The translations under genes were made by a program, and so were the position numbers. Shown here piece after piece: positions 30,429 through 41,539 of a stretch of DNA of 64,000 bases. The DNA is from Perkinsela sp. CCAP 1560/9 (Eukaryota; Protista; Euglenozoa: Kinetoplastea): NCBI GenBank assembly GCA_965644495.1, contig CBFFSA010000009.1, positions 434,001 to 498,000 of the forward strand, in the 5' to 3' direction. The notes beneath the pieces are model-generated. The model had not been told where the DNA came from, searched no databases, and saw nothing but the letters and a program-made list of their open reading frames with translations. Positions within the stretch are counted from its first letter, which is position 1, and each line of letters opens with the position of its first letter.

Positions 30429-30765
30429 CTATACCCACCCTGCTTATGAGTTCCCTCGTTTTGAGAAAAAGGAACTCATAAGCGTACCAGACCTGAAATA
30501 GAGCCATAAAAAAGCGAAAATTAGGGCCCGTGGCGCGAAGCGCCGCGGGTTCTCCTTCACAATGATACTGGCACTAAAAAGATTGTTTGCTTAGTGTACA
30601 AGTCTATACAGCAGCCTGACGTACAGTAGTTGGGAAAATTATGAATTTTTGTTCAGTTCAAAAAAAAATCGTTTCGCGAAAAGTTGGTACAAAAACATTC
30701 GCCTTAGAAAAAGGAACTCATAAGCGTACCAGAATTGGGGGAACTCATAAGCAGGGGGGGTATAG
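30429..30765. mobile_element. TA-flanked MITE (337 bp)
   Basis: About 27-bp TIR ctatacc(c/a)ccctgcttatgagttccc, TA TSD, internal repeats ggaactcataagcgtaccaga. Confidence 0.85.
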
Positions 30766-31531
30766 TAGTTAATAGTTCATCAAGTAGGACTACTATGTAT
30801 CGTGTATCGGTTCGATACACGATACTCCCCTTAAGGGACTCCTGCACACGCCTAGTGTGGCTCTAAATATGATCCACGGGCGGAAGGATCCACCCTTCTG
30901 GATTGGAGGAAGGATCTGCCCCTCCCACCGGTTGTGTCGAAAGTTTTCCTCCACAACCGGCACCGTTTTCGGAACTGTATTTGGGACACTCCCGATTCTC
31001 AAAGGCCCTCGAATAGCGGACATTTGTGGAGCCCTCCCTTGAGAGAGACCAGCTTCACCTCTCCCAGCAGCCGGCCGTGCTACTTTTTCGCCCGGCCTTT
31101 CAACCCCAGGCTCACCGCCCATGATCAGGATGTGTCGCGCACAGCTCCCGACGACAGAGCTCTCCAACAAACACATACTCCGCCCAGCGGTGACAATACC
31201 TGCGCCCTTCCCGGTTTGGAGAGCACTCGCGAGGCGTTACGAGCACTACGAGCGTTACCTCGTAGAGGACTAAGCACACCTTCGCCAGATGTGCAGCTAG
31301 GTGTTCCAAGATACACCAACGGGCGAACAATTGAACGCCCTACAAACCCAGGGGGCTTACATAGAGGAGGAACTCCCTCCCTCCCTCAAAACCAGGAAGA
31401 CAGCAATGACTACTGCTCTGCCCTCGATTACTGAGCTTTCCAGTAATAATATAACATCATGTGCTGATTCTACATATAATTTATATATACAGGTAACATC
31501 ACCACGCTACAGAAAATTTGGCATTAGCTCC

Positions 31532-34500
31532 TCATTCATACATAAAGATGTCCAAAAGACCAAGGCCATCGCATGTTTTTTCATGGCGAACAGGTACCCT
31601 TTTTGGTGATTCCCCAATTTCGAGCGCTTGAATGCCCTCGCTCCTTTCGGGAGGCTCATCTGGAATGCTCATACAAGCATGAAGATGCCGTAAACTTTTT
31701 TCACGAGCATCATGTAATGCATTTTCATCTTTGTTTAACACGTCATTCGGCATTGACTCGGAGACCTTTCTAATCTCTGACGTGTTCAACAGATCAACGA
31801 GTGTAGGAGACTCTGCGCCATTCGGATTACGTGTGAGAAATCGCTCTCCGGGCGTGATCATATCGCCGTTTCGAGAAGAATGACTTAGTGCGTTCATTTT
31901 TGAGGAGTCCGCTTCATCTTCCAAACGTTCTGCGTTTGGAAGTGAACGCTTCCGAATCCACTCATCCAAGGATTCTTTCGGGGCTACAACTTTCACCGGG
32001 CTTTGCCTTAACATCGAATATCCTGAATTGGGACCAGAGCTAACCATGTGGCGTGATGGAGCGTTTTGAACCGACGAAGCCACAAGTTGTTGTTTTTCTC
32101 CACTTGGATCGCCTTTTTCACCTTGATTTTGCATAATAGATTCTTCCTGCCCATCTTCCGAAATACTATTCCGCGGCACGACTCTACTTTCCTCATGGAC
32201 CTCCAACCCAGGCTGTGGATTCTGGTCTAACACGGAACTCGTAACGGCCACTTTTTTCACTAACATTGGCCACAGCACGTCGTCCATTGTCCCGGGTACG
32301 AGTAAATACTGAATTGTGCAATGGGACGCTTTTTGACCAATGCGGTGAATCCGGTCCTCGGCTTGCAGCATCACCGCAGGGGTCCAGAACAGTTCAGCGA
32401 ACACGACAAAACTGGCGGCGGTAAAATTCAGCCCTGTCGCGGCTGCAGCAAGGGATAAAATAGCCACACGACAATTCGGGTCTGTTTGGAATTTTTCGAC
32501 CAACACGGATCGACTCTCCATCGGGGTCTCGCCGTCAATACGAATGTAGGAAAGAGAGGATCCAATTTCAGAATAATTTGGCCCAACCAAAATAGGGTCT
32601 TGTGTGGCATCCTCGAAATTACCTGGAGTACTCGAAGTGGAACTATAGTACATACTTCCTGACTCGGAGGTTTGATCAGGTAAATCACGCAGATTTCGGA
32701 TACTGCGTACAGCCTCCCCAGAAACACCATTCGATGTGCGCTTACGACGCCCTGACTTTTGTTTTTCGGTTCCTTCCGCTGGAGCTCTATGGGATTGCGC
32801 ACGACGTCGGTCCCACTCTTTCTCCTTCTCCTGAACCACGGCCTCGATACGGTTTAACATTTCCCGATGATACCCGAATAACAGGAATTTCGTCGGTACC
32901 TCGGAAACCCGATTCTCCGCAGCGTTCTCGTTGCTGTATTCGATGCCTTGCGTAGCGCAATCTTCCTCTACGCTTGTCATCTCCTGTAATCCTCCATCAA
33001 GTAAATAACTCAGGTATTCACAAACCGCAGGTCCTTTCGCTAGACTTGTGGTGTAATACAATGCTGTGGCATTTGGATTGCCTTGAAAAGATCCATTCTC
33101 CCATGTCAGCTCAAGCTCCCATCTCTCCCGTTCCTGGGCCTCTTTTAACGCCTCCAGTTGTTCGTGCATCCCCTCCTTTTCTTTTTCGCTAATCTCGAGC
33201 ATAATTTCTTGCCGTCGTTTCGGGGGAAGCTGCGGCAAGACGTCAGATTTTCGTCGACGAAGGAAAAATTGACGGTGAAGAAACCAATGCAACTCGGCAA
33301 CACAGCTGTGCCCTTCATAGGGACGAAACGAATTAAACTTTTTCCTTCCTGGCGTTTGATAGCCATTTCTCGAACTTTGCGCCACCATATTCCGTTGCCA
33401 CACCGCATCCGGATCACAATACCGCTGACCATATTTATGATAACTCATCCACCCGGGACATAACAAATCGATTTGCGGGAACAACTCAATTGGACGGGCC
33501 AGGATCGCGGTCCCACTGAGCAGCACGACACGATTGGCCGCTTTACAAATCTCTTGGGTGGCGACCACACGTTGGGCTTTGACATTTTTTAAATAATGCG
33601 ACTCGTCCAACAGAATTACGTGAAAACGTTTTTGCAGCAAAGTCTCTTTCCAGGGACTTACTAAACTGTATGGGATAATGCAAACCTGATATTCGTTGGT
33701 GTTCGAAAAAGTATTTTTTACTTTGTTGGATTTTCCTGTTTTGGGTTGAGCGACAAACACCTTATCCTCCGGTATGGCCGGTAGCCATCGTTTAATTTCC
33801 ATGCGCCAGACTTGTTTCAAACTGGCGGGGCACAGGACTAAGAGTGGCCACTCTTTACTGTAATGTAGCGCAATCGCGAGGGCTTGGACAGTTTTTCCTA
33901 ACCCCATCTCATCCCCCAGAAGAATTCGGCCATGGCGCTCGATACCAAATTGAACGCCTTTTTTTTGATACGGCAGCAGTTGGGAGTAAAGGGAGTCGGG
34001 GATGTTGAAGGGGACAGGGGAGGCGGGAGAGGGGGGAGGGGGAAGAAAATCATCGTATTGGGAAAAGGAGGGAGGGGGAGGGGTGCCGAGGGGGTGGTGG
34101 TCGTGGGAGGAGGGGATCGGGTTGGAATCGTTTTCAAACGAATTGTCGAAGGAGGCCAGGATACTGCTGTGATCCGTAATATGGTTTTGATTTTCGGGTT
34201 CTAACGTACAGGAAGTATTTGCGTCCGCATCATACCCCGCCGAGGTAGCTGGTGGTTCCTGCACCAACTGCAAATGTGGGGTGAGGTTTTGACCTTCTCC
34301 CCGCTGAGGTTTTCCGCTGAAGACTTCTTCTTCTTCGTCCCTCCGATTTCGTACCTCAGTTTCAAACCCTTCGCCATCTCTCTGACTCAGCACTACTTCC
34401 TTTGCAGCCTCCTGTTCTGCTGAGAGCATTGCCTCCAGACGTAAAATCCGCTCCGCTGCGTCGCGCACATGCTGTGGGAGATAACCGATCACCACACGAG

Positions 34501-35629
34501 TACACTCCGTCTTCGGGATTTGCTCTAATGCCCGACAAATGTGGTCATAGCGTAATAGCGGAAAATAATAGACCCCTCCCGCTGGTTGCATTCTTTTTCT
34601 CAATTTCTCAAGATCACGTCGTTTTCGTTGGGAAAAGGCAGAGAGTGCACTCAGAGGATTTGACTGTGATAGAGCATTCGGGTGCTCGCTATCTTGTGTC
34701 ACATTTTCATAAAGAACTTGAAATTCGTTTTCAAATTCCTTTCGTAAGATCGCGTCAATCACAGCCCCGGGGGCTCCGTTATTCGGAAAAGCCACACACA
34801 ACGCATCAGGAAATTCGGGCAGTAGCATAGCAGCTTCCATATGGATTATTACGGTACAAAGTGGTTGTTCGATGCCTTGTGTTTCACCTCCTTTTCCGTT
34901 TTGATGATTCGAAACACGATGTTTTACTTTTTTCAGGGCTTCAAACTCGACTCTGCGCTTTTCTAACCACGCGGGGTCCGGCAACGGGTTATTTCCATGC
35001 CAAGCGAAATAATGCGAAACAGGACGTCGAAACGTGTTGGTCGGCTGTGTGTAAATTCCAATCTCATCTTTGGAGCACGCCCAGAAATGCTTTCCGCAGT
35101 TCTCCCCTTTACGACAAGTAAGAAACTGAATCGAGGATGCGCATCTTTTACAGAATTTCGGAGGAGATGAATACAGATGTGGCAATCTATTTCTTTCCGA
35201 TGAGGTTGTATTTAAAGCCCTTGAAGAATTTGCTGCGGTAGAAGATTCATGAGAGCTTGTTAGGTCAACGCTGCTCCTATTTTGCAATGGAGGATTCGGA
35301 TTCGTGTTTTGGACCATTATATCCGACACAGCTCTGCTGGTAGGATTTGGAAGAAGTATGTGCGTTTCAGAGTGCGAATTTTGGATAAACGTCAGTTGCG
35401 GTTTTGCAGGTCTACTGAATTGTACAGTTGTGTGTGTACGAGGTGGATTGGAGGATACCGTACTTAAATTTGGCCCGCCTGTAGTAATTGGCGCATCGGG
35501 CGCAGTACTCTTCATGTGATTGAGAGTTGTTCTAATGCCACTATCCGTCGTGGCTTCGGGATTTAACGAGGATGAGAGGCGAGGCGCCACGCTACGTCGA
35601 GGAGAAAACTGCATAGTGAAACAGCTCAA
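31532..35629 (-). CDS. SMARCAL1: SMARCAL1-like SNF2 family helicase with N-terminal GRF-type zinc finger
   Basis: LLGDEMGLGKT, LDESH, LLSGT, RIDG, AELFWTP..QAEDRIHRIGQ. The N-terminal region has CKRC..GENCGKHFWAC. The likely start is the ATG at 35614. Confidence 0.9.
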   Translation of the reverse strand: MSCFTMQFSPRRSVAPRLSSSLNPEATTDSGIRTTLNHMKSTAPDAPITTGGPNLSTVSSNPPRTHTTVQFSRPAKPQLTFIQNSHSETHILLPNPTSRAVSDIMVQNTNPNPPLQNRSSVDLTSSHESSTAANSSRALNTTSSERNRLPHLYSSPPKFCKRCASSIQFLTCRKGENCGKHFWACSKDEIGIYTQPTNTFRRPVSHYFAWHGNNPLPDPAWLEKRRVEFEALKKVKHRVSNHQNGKGGETQGIEQPLCTVIIHMEAAMLLPEFPDALCVAFPNNGAPGAVIDAILRKEFENEFQVLYENVTQDSEHPNALSQSNPLSALSAFSQRKRRDLEKLRKRMQPAGGVYYFPLLRYDHICRALEQIPKTECTRVVIGYLPQHVRDAAERILRLEAMLSAEQEAAKEVVLSQRDGEGFETEVRNRRDEEEEVFSGKPQRGEGQNLTPHLQLVQEPPATSAGYDADANTSCTLEPENQNHITDHSSILASFDNSFENDSNPIPSSHDHHPLGTPPPPSFSQYDDFLPPPPSPASPVPFNIPDSLYSQLLPYQKKGVQFGIERHGRILLGDEMGLGKTVQALAIALHYSKEWPLLVLCPASLKQVWRMEIKRWLPAIPEDKVFVAQPKTGKSNKVKNTFSNTNEYQVCIIPYSLVSPWKETLLQKRFHVILLDESHYLKNVKAQRVVATQEICKAANRVVLLSGTAILARPIELFPQIDLLCPGWMSYHKYGQRYCDPDAVWQRNMVAQSSRNGYQTPGRKKFNSFRPYEGHSCVAELHWFLHRQFFLRRRKSDVLPQLPPKRRQEIMLEISEKEKEGMHEQLEALKEAQERERWELELTWENGSFQGNPNATALYYTTSLAKGPAVCEYLSYLLDGGLQEMTSVEEDCATQGIEYSNENAAENRVSEVPTKFLLFGYHREMLNRIEAVVQEKEKEWDRRRAQSHRAPAEGTEKQKSGRRKRTSNGVSGEAVRSIRNLRDLPDQTSESGSMYYSSTSSTPGNFEDATQDPILVGPNYSEIGSSLSYIRIDGETPMESRSVLVEKFQTDPNCRVAILSLAAAATGLNFTAASFVVFAELFWTPAVMLQAEDRIHRIGQKASHCTIQYLLVPGTMDDVLWPMLVKKVAVTSSVLDQNPQPGLEVHEESRVVPRNSISEDGQEESIMQNQGEKGDPSGEKQQLVASSVQNAPSRHMVSSGPNSGYSMLRQSPVKVVAPKESLDEWIRKRSLPNAERLEDEADSSKMNALSHSSRNGDMITPGERFLTRNPNGAESPTLVDLLNTSEIRKVSESMPNDVLNKDENALHDAREKSLRHLHACMSIPDEPPERSEGIQALEIGESPKRVPVRHEKTCDGLGLLDIFMYE

Positions 35630-36222
35630 AGCAATGGTGCAATAGAAAATATCACTTTGATAAGGGCTTTTTTATGTACAAGTGCCTTTGTCAGGCACAA
35701 CGTTCGCTTCGCTGAAGAGGAGCAGGGATCAAGAAAATGCTAAGGCTGGTCGCATGAAAGGAAAATAAACTGTAGTTGTAAATCATTTTCTTCTGGTAGA
35801 AGGGATAATTCTTGTGTACAGAGCTCGTTTCAAGATATGAAGCACATAAATATTTATGGTAATGTGCTATGGAACAAACAGCGAAAGTACAATGTCGCTG
35901 CTCATAAAAATATATTGAACGACTCAAAAATCGTAATATTGACGTTCACATTCAAGAACCCCAAGTGACATCAACAACCTCAAATTTTATATAGCGTACT
36001 CACACAGCCTTGTTCGAGAGAAAACATTATGTATTCAAGTGTGTTATTGTTATAATACTCACATCATAAAAACACCCTTTGTACACGGCTGTAGCGAACA
36101 TAATTTTCAAATCGTGTATAAAAAGGCTTCAAAGCACATCCAATCCATTTTGAAAATTAATTTTTGAGAGAATAAAGCAACACACTTTCAACATTCCCAC
36201 CAACGTGTTGAGACCTTTCTCC

Positions 36223-37137
36223 TCACTCACGTTGCCAGCTGGGAACCCAGCGTCGGAAGTGATGACCCCATCCCCGGGCCTCCTCTTCCTCCGCAGCCTC
36301 TTCTTCCTCAGCATACTCTTCCCCCATCGCTTCCCCTCCTTGCACTCCCTCCCCCGCTTTTTGCATCTGCTTCATCAAGCGCTGCAAATCCCCCAGGGGC
36401 TCCCCGAACCCCTTTTTCAGCGACTCCGGTACCAACCACTTTTGTACCATCTTGGTCATAAAAGAGGACGAGGCCTGGGCCTCCTCGGAGGTGTCCAACC
36501 ACGACACCAGCCCCATCACCCCGGAGGCCATCTTTTTCACCACCCGCACAAACGCCTTGACGCCTTCCAGCATCTTGGCTATCTTCCCACTGGCCTCGTT
36601 CACCATCGTGGCCACGTTCTCCATCTCGTTTTCAAACTCGGGAGACTTTAACGTTTTCGTGAGTTCATCCACCAGAGGGGATAACTCGTTTTCGATCTCG
36701 GTAGAAACCGACGGATCTTTTAAAAATGAATTTACAAGATCCGAGATTTCATCGAGGGAGGGCAGGGGAGGGGCCGCAGGAGGCTTAGAGCTTGCTGATC
36801 TCGTGTTTGCGTTTGTAAAGGGATCACGCGGCTTGTTAGCGTTTGCTTTTTCTTGGAATTTTGACTCCTGGAATTTCGTCTGCGCTTGTTTCGGAGCTGT
36901 ATGAACCCGTTGGGGATAATGCAGTTGAGGTTCCGGAATCGTACGTCGTCGTGGGGGGGTTTTGGGTTTTCGAGGCCGAACCGAGGAAGAGGGCTCGGGG
37001 AGGGGCTCCGAGGAGGAAGGGGTAAAGTAGCTTGCGGAGGAGGAGGTGGGGGTGCCGTATTGGCGTGCGAGGTGGGCGGGGGGAACGGTTGCGGCGAGCA
37101 GAGGACTGAAGAGGCAGAGAAGGAGAAGGATGCTCAT
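36223..37137 (-). CDS. Hypothetical secreted/ER-targeted protein
   Basis: 304 aa. Signal peptide MSILLLLCLFSPLLA, Pro/Ser linker, helical C-terminal half. Same strand as the host genes. Confidence 0.7.
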   Translation of the reverse strand: MSILLLLCLFSPLLAATVPPAHLARQYGTPTSSSASYFTPSSSEPLPEPSSSVRPRKPKTPPRRRTIPEPQLHYPQRVHTAPKQAQTKFQESKFQEKANANKPRDPFTNANTRSASSKPPAAPPLPSLDEISDLVNSFLKDPSVSTEIENELSPLVDELTKTLKSPEFENEMENVATMVNEASGKIAKMLEGVKAFVRVVKKMASGVMGLVSWLDTSEEAQASSSFMTKMVQKWLVPESLKKGFGEPLGDLQRLMKQMQKAGEGVQGGEAMGEEYAEEEEAAEEEEARGWGHHFRRWVPSWQRE

Positions 37138-37453
37138 AAGGGGTTGAAGGAGAGAAAAATGAAGAAAGAAATATGAATCAGGGTTTTAAAAATTTTGTTA
37201 ATGTGTGGAAGCGTCGTAGTTTATGCGCCATGGATTTAATAAGATTTGATGAATAGGGAACCAATTTATGAATAGCGCTTAGCGTTTTTCGGGAACGCTG
37301 AACACGCTGCGACCAAACTTTTTGTTTGCTACAGTTCGTTGGCAAATATTATATATTATCATTGGGAAATGTTTGAAAAATGGATCCCATGTTCTACCTT
37401 CTGCATTATGAAGAACGCACATCATAAAGTGTCCGGGGGACTTTAGGTAACAG

Positions 37454-37565
37454 ATCAGCATGTATATCGTGCATCAATAGCAAAAGCAAAAAGAATGCTT
37501 CGCTTTATGCAATGTCAACCTATTATACAAAATTCATCATGTCGAATCTCTGAATCAAATTGCGA
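37454..37565 (+). repeat. About 110-bp dispersed repeat, second copy at 44209-44325
   Basis: atcagcatgtat.tcgtgcatcaatagcaaaagcaaaaag.atgcttcgc.. near-identical in both places. Confidence 0.85.
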
Positions 37566-38468
37566 TCACACTTACCTAAATAAAATAAAAATATTGGTAG
37601 GCTCTGGTTTTATTGTGCCCTTTACAAGATTTTGATTTTATACTCGGATGATACCTATCCGATGATATACTAGAGAAGTAACTTGTGTTGTGATATGGCA
37701 TATTGTGATATGGGAACCTGATACGGTATGCTGCCGTTAACCCAAAAAATAATAGATATTGTAATACTGATGATGCAGAGGAATGTGCAAAACCGAATCA
37801 TATTGTGTCAATAGAAATCAACCATCGAATATTCCAGTTATTTGGAGGAAACGTTGTTATTTAGAACAAAATATACTGTATTTTTTCCATGCCGTATAAC
37901 TTCAGTCGAAAGGTGGTGAATGCTTGTTACATCAATACTCAGACACAGAGTACATAGTGTACATCATGACGAAAGAATTGCTCATCCAGTTCCTGAAAGT
38001 TTGTGGTGCATTATATACTCATTCATGTACTACATGCTGTACTGTATTAATACAGTATTAAAACGCTTACTCTTCCTTGGACATTCTTTCTTGGACTTCT
38101 AATTTTTCAGAAACAATTAATATTTTTTATCAACATTATGTTTTGTTTCGTTATTCCGAGTTCGTACCCCCAATATCAGCTCTATCATCTTCCGAAAAGT
38201 TTTCTAACTACGTAAGAAATTCAGCATACCTGCGAAGCATAAATTATTTACATCGTCGTACCAGAGAGCGCTGCTCTGGCGTTCTTTTTTTCTCATTAGC
38301 GCATTGCCGATCGTGAGCAGAATCTGAAAAATAAGTTTGTTCGCAATCACTCGGAAAAAAACGTCGAGGAACACTGTTTAGCATTACACAGGATTGTTGA
38401 TGATTATGTTCAGGCCGACTTTCGTCTTTTAGATAAATTGAGAGAAACAAATTTTATTATTTTTTTCG

Positions 38469-39451
38469 ATGCCTTGCTGTCAGCGAGAAGCAAGTTCTCG
38501 CACCGATCCAAATCTTCGACAAAACGTTAGTTGGTATCAGCTTCAGCCCTTTATCTTTGCACAGCTTTATGCGACTACGGAGCAAGGCCCTGTTTTCTCT
38601 TTAAATGGAAGTTTGATGTTTGATGTTCAGTTTACAAGGGTTAACTCTGGAAAAGAAGTAGAAACTCGCCAACGCACGAAACAAATGTAAGCAGAAGCTA
38701 AAGTCAACGTATGCGATGTTATTGACCGGTTAGTCTCAACTGTTCTCTACTTTCATGTAGATGAGGGTCCTGGAAGACATGTCCGAAATTTCCATCGCCT
38801 AGAGAAGGAAATCAAGTTAATATTCACTTCTATTTCTGAACATTTATCTTATCAAAAGATAAGAAGTTGGCGTCAGATTCGCCAAGACAAAAGCAACAAA
38901 GGCTTAACAGAATTGACTGGGTCAAATGCGAGGTCCTCTCTGAAACAAACCTCGAGTCAATAATTAAAAAACGTGCCGACGAGTGTCACTTCTTCGACAC
39001 CCCCGTCGGAAAAGCTTATCTTTGAAGGTTGGTATGAGAATCCATTTTTAATGATTCTGACGGCGATTCTGATTCGGCTGAATTAGTTGAGGAGCTGAGG
39101 GCGGTTCAAAGGGATACGAAAGAGATATGGACACCCTCGTATCTTTCTTTTGTGATCTGGTTAAAGGACTTTGGCGTAGTTCTTAAATCCGCCAAACGCG
39201 CTCACAAAGCTTCGCTTCCTCCGAATTGGGAGGGCCAAGGCCGAGATATGCTCTTGAGAGTTGTGCATCTTGTTTCATGTGCACAACATAGAACTCTTAA
39301 CGAGGAATTTGTCGTCACTATAGACAAAACAGGCATCGCTTACAACAAATTGGCCGTGAGAGGCGTCGAATACAGAGGAGAGAAATCTAGCAATGTTGCT
39401 CTAGCCGACAAACGTACTTGCACACTTCCAGCTGGATTATTGGCTCACTAG
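38469..39451 (+). pseudogene. Decayed pogo-like transposase
   Basis: KRAHKASLPPNWE..MLLRV..VVTIDKTGI..RGEK..DKRTCT in ORF 39152-39451. The upstream extent is uncertain. Confidence 0.55.
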
Positions 39452-39698
39452 CAAGTGAAGCGATCCGCATCGGGGCGAATCACTTCCTTCTAGACCTCAG
39501 CGCGCACCTTTTGGCTTACTGGTCCCTGGTAAAGGGGGAATACAGTGAAGAAGCACGATTACTGTGTGTGGAGTCCGCCCGCTTTAGTGTGGGACTCATC
39601 AGCGCTGATTCACGGGTTTATGTCCCGATGGACTTGCATCGTGTGGTTACGCGCAGCCAAGGATGATTGCCAGAAGTAAACATATTTGTTGTCAGTTA

Positions 39699-39819
39699 CA
39701 GTGGTGGGCAACGATATGTACCCCCCCCTACAGGTCTTGTATTTTCTCCGATTTTGTACATATTGGTATACCACCGTTTTTCGACCCAATCGTTCCGAAT
39801 CCGAGGTCCTTTTCACTCG
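39699..39819 (+). mobile_element. Tc1-like terminal segment shared with 63330-63453
   Basis: TA|CAGTGGTG terminus. About 100 bp is inverted-similar to 63330-63428, and 40274-40320 matches 63294-63338. Confidence 0.65.
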
Positions 39820-40839
39820 TGGAAAACTGGTTCATGTCGAAACCGCAAAAAAATGGGCTAAAAACCATGATTTTTACGGAACGCCTATTTCTTGCGTCAT
39901 TTTTCACTCTTCTTCGGTTTTACACGACCGAACTATCTCGTCCCGTGTGTCCTCCTGCACGACACGTACGTCATGAGATATGCACATTAGAAGCGCTATC
40001 ATTATCGATAAATATTTTTCTTAATATTTTGTCCAATTTTTTTCACAACCCCCCCTTTTTTCTGAATAATTTTCGGGATGAACCAGAATTGCCTGAAAAC
40101 GTTTTGCAAAGCCATCCCAAGAATTTTTGGAGGGCGAGAAGGCAAGGAGATACTTAACTGAGCACTAATCACGAGCTTGCTACCTGCTTACATACTTCTT
40201 ATCTGGCTTTCAAGTCACTGTTTTACAAAATAAATATTCAAAAATTTACCTCGAAAATCGTGTTCGCCTTCATTTTGACCCCTATCTCGATAAGGAGGGT
40301 AGGGGGTCGCTCGAGTGAAAAAAATAATATTTCTTTTAGATAAAAAAATGAAAAAAATCACCACAAATACTTATTTGAAGCGACAAACCGGTACCCTGTA
40401 TGGCCCCCCTTTACACGCTGCACAATTTACATGCGTTTTGTAATTGAATTCATACAATTTAGAACCTGACGCTGATAGGGACTGCGCTTAATCATCACAA
40501 AAGCTTTTCTAATGGCCACCCGAAGCTCTTTCTTTCGGGTTTCTTTCGGGGCTGTGTTGGAATAAGATTCTCAGTTGATTTAACGGGGGTTTTCCTAAAT
40601 AGTATGTTGATGAGATGCCATTTTATAGCAAGAAACACCTAAAAATTGTACTTTTCGTGAAATATTTCAAAATAATTCCATTTTTTCCATGTCTTTTTGA
40701 CTCGTTACTCATGTGGGGGGCTCCACATGTGAAAACAATACGGGAAACGTTCCACTTTTTTGAGATCTGTCGAATTCCGAAGGAATTAGGTCAAAAGCTC
40801 TCACGGTGTACTCTGTGGCCTGGGGGGCCGACAATGTGG

Positions 40840-41190
40840 CCTGGAGTGTACGTACTACCTCCCATTTATTCATCGGGACATCGAGCATTCGATGGAAAGC
40901 CTGTGGCAGAGCAGCTAATCTGTGCTCTACAGGCCAATCTTGGAGCGCAACGTTTGTTGAAGCTAAAATTGATGATCGCTGATGGAAATTCAGTCAATCA
41001 TGTGGCTAGAAACGATTGCAAGGACCTCCTAAAGCGAATATACAGTATTGTATAACATGTATGACAGAATTTTCCCCATTGGAGTCTCTGACACGGTTGT
41101 TCTTCAGCAAGGTATTGCAGCTCGAGTTCCCTCTATAATACTTTTGTCTTACATTGGCCACATGCTGAACAGCATTTGCCAAACAACACA
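40840..41190 (+). pseudogene. Fragment of a second hAT-like transposase related to 23317-25793
   Basis: LPPIYS..AFDGK..ADGNSVNHVAR and LLSYIGHMLN align with LPPMYS..AFDGK..VDGSTVNHVAR and LLRCVGHVLN. Confidence 0.8.
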
Positions 41191-41539
41191 AGCCTCTACA
41201 CGAAAAGGCAGCACAGTGCTTAGAAGAGGCGTTAGAATGGGTTCCGCACGGGAAAATAGTATTCCCATCGTATAGAAAAAAGACTGTGGGGAACTTGATC
41301 TAAAAGGCTGCAAAGGATCTAAATTGGTCCACCGGAGTTAAGTTTGATGGAACGCACACCTTGCGCCATGGTGGAACGCGATTAGCAGCTGCGAAGCTGT
41401 GGACGTGAAGAAAGATGCGCAATGTGGAATGTCCAAGACAGTACGAAGCAGGTCATGCCCCTCGTATACAATGAATAAAGTACTGAAACAAGAGAACGAC
41501 TTAGAATATCGTGAAGATACATTGCGAAACTGTGCAGTA

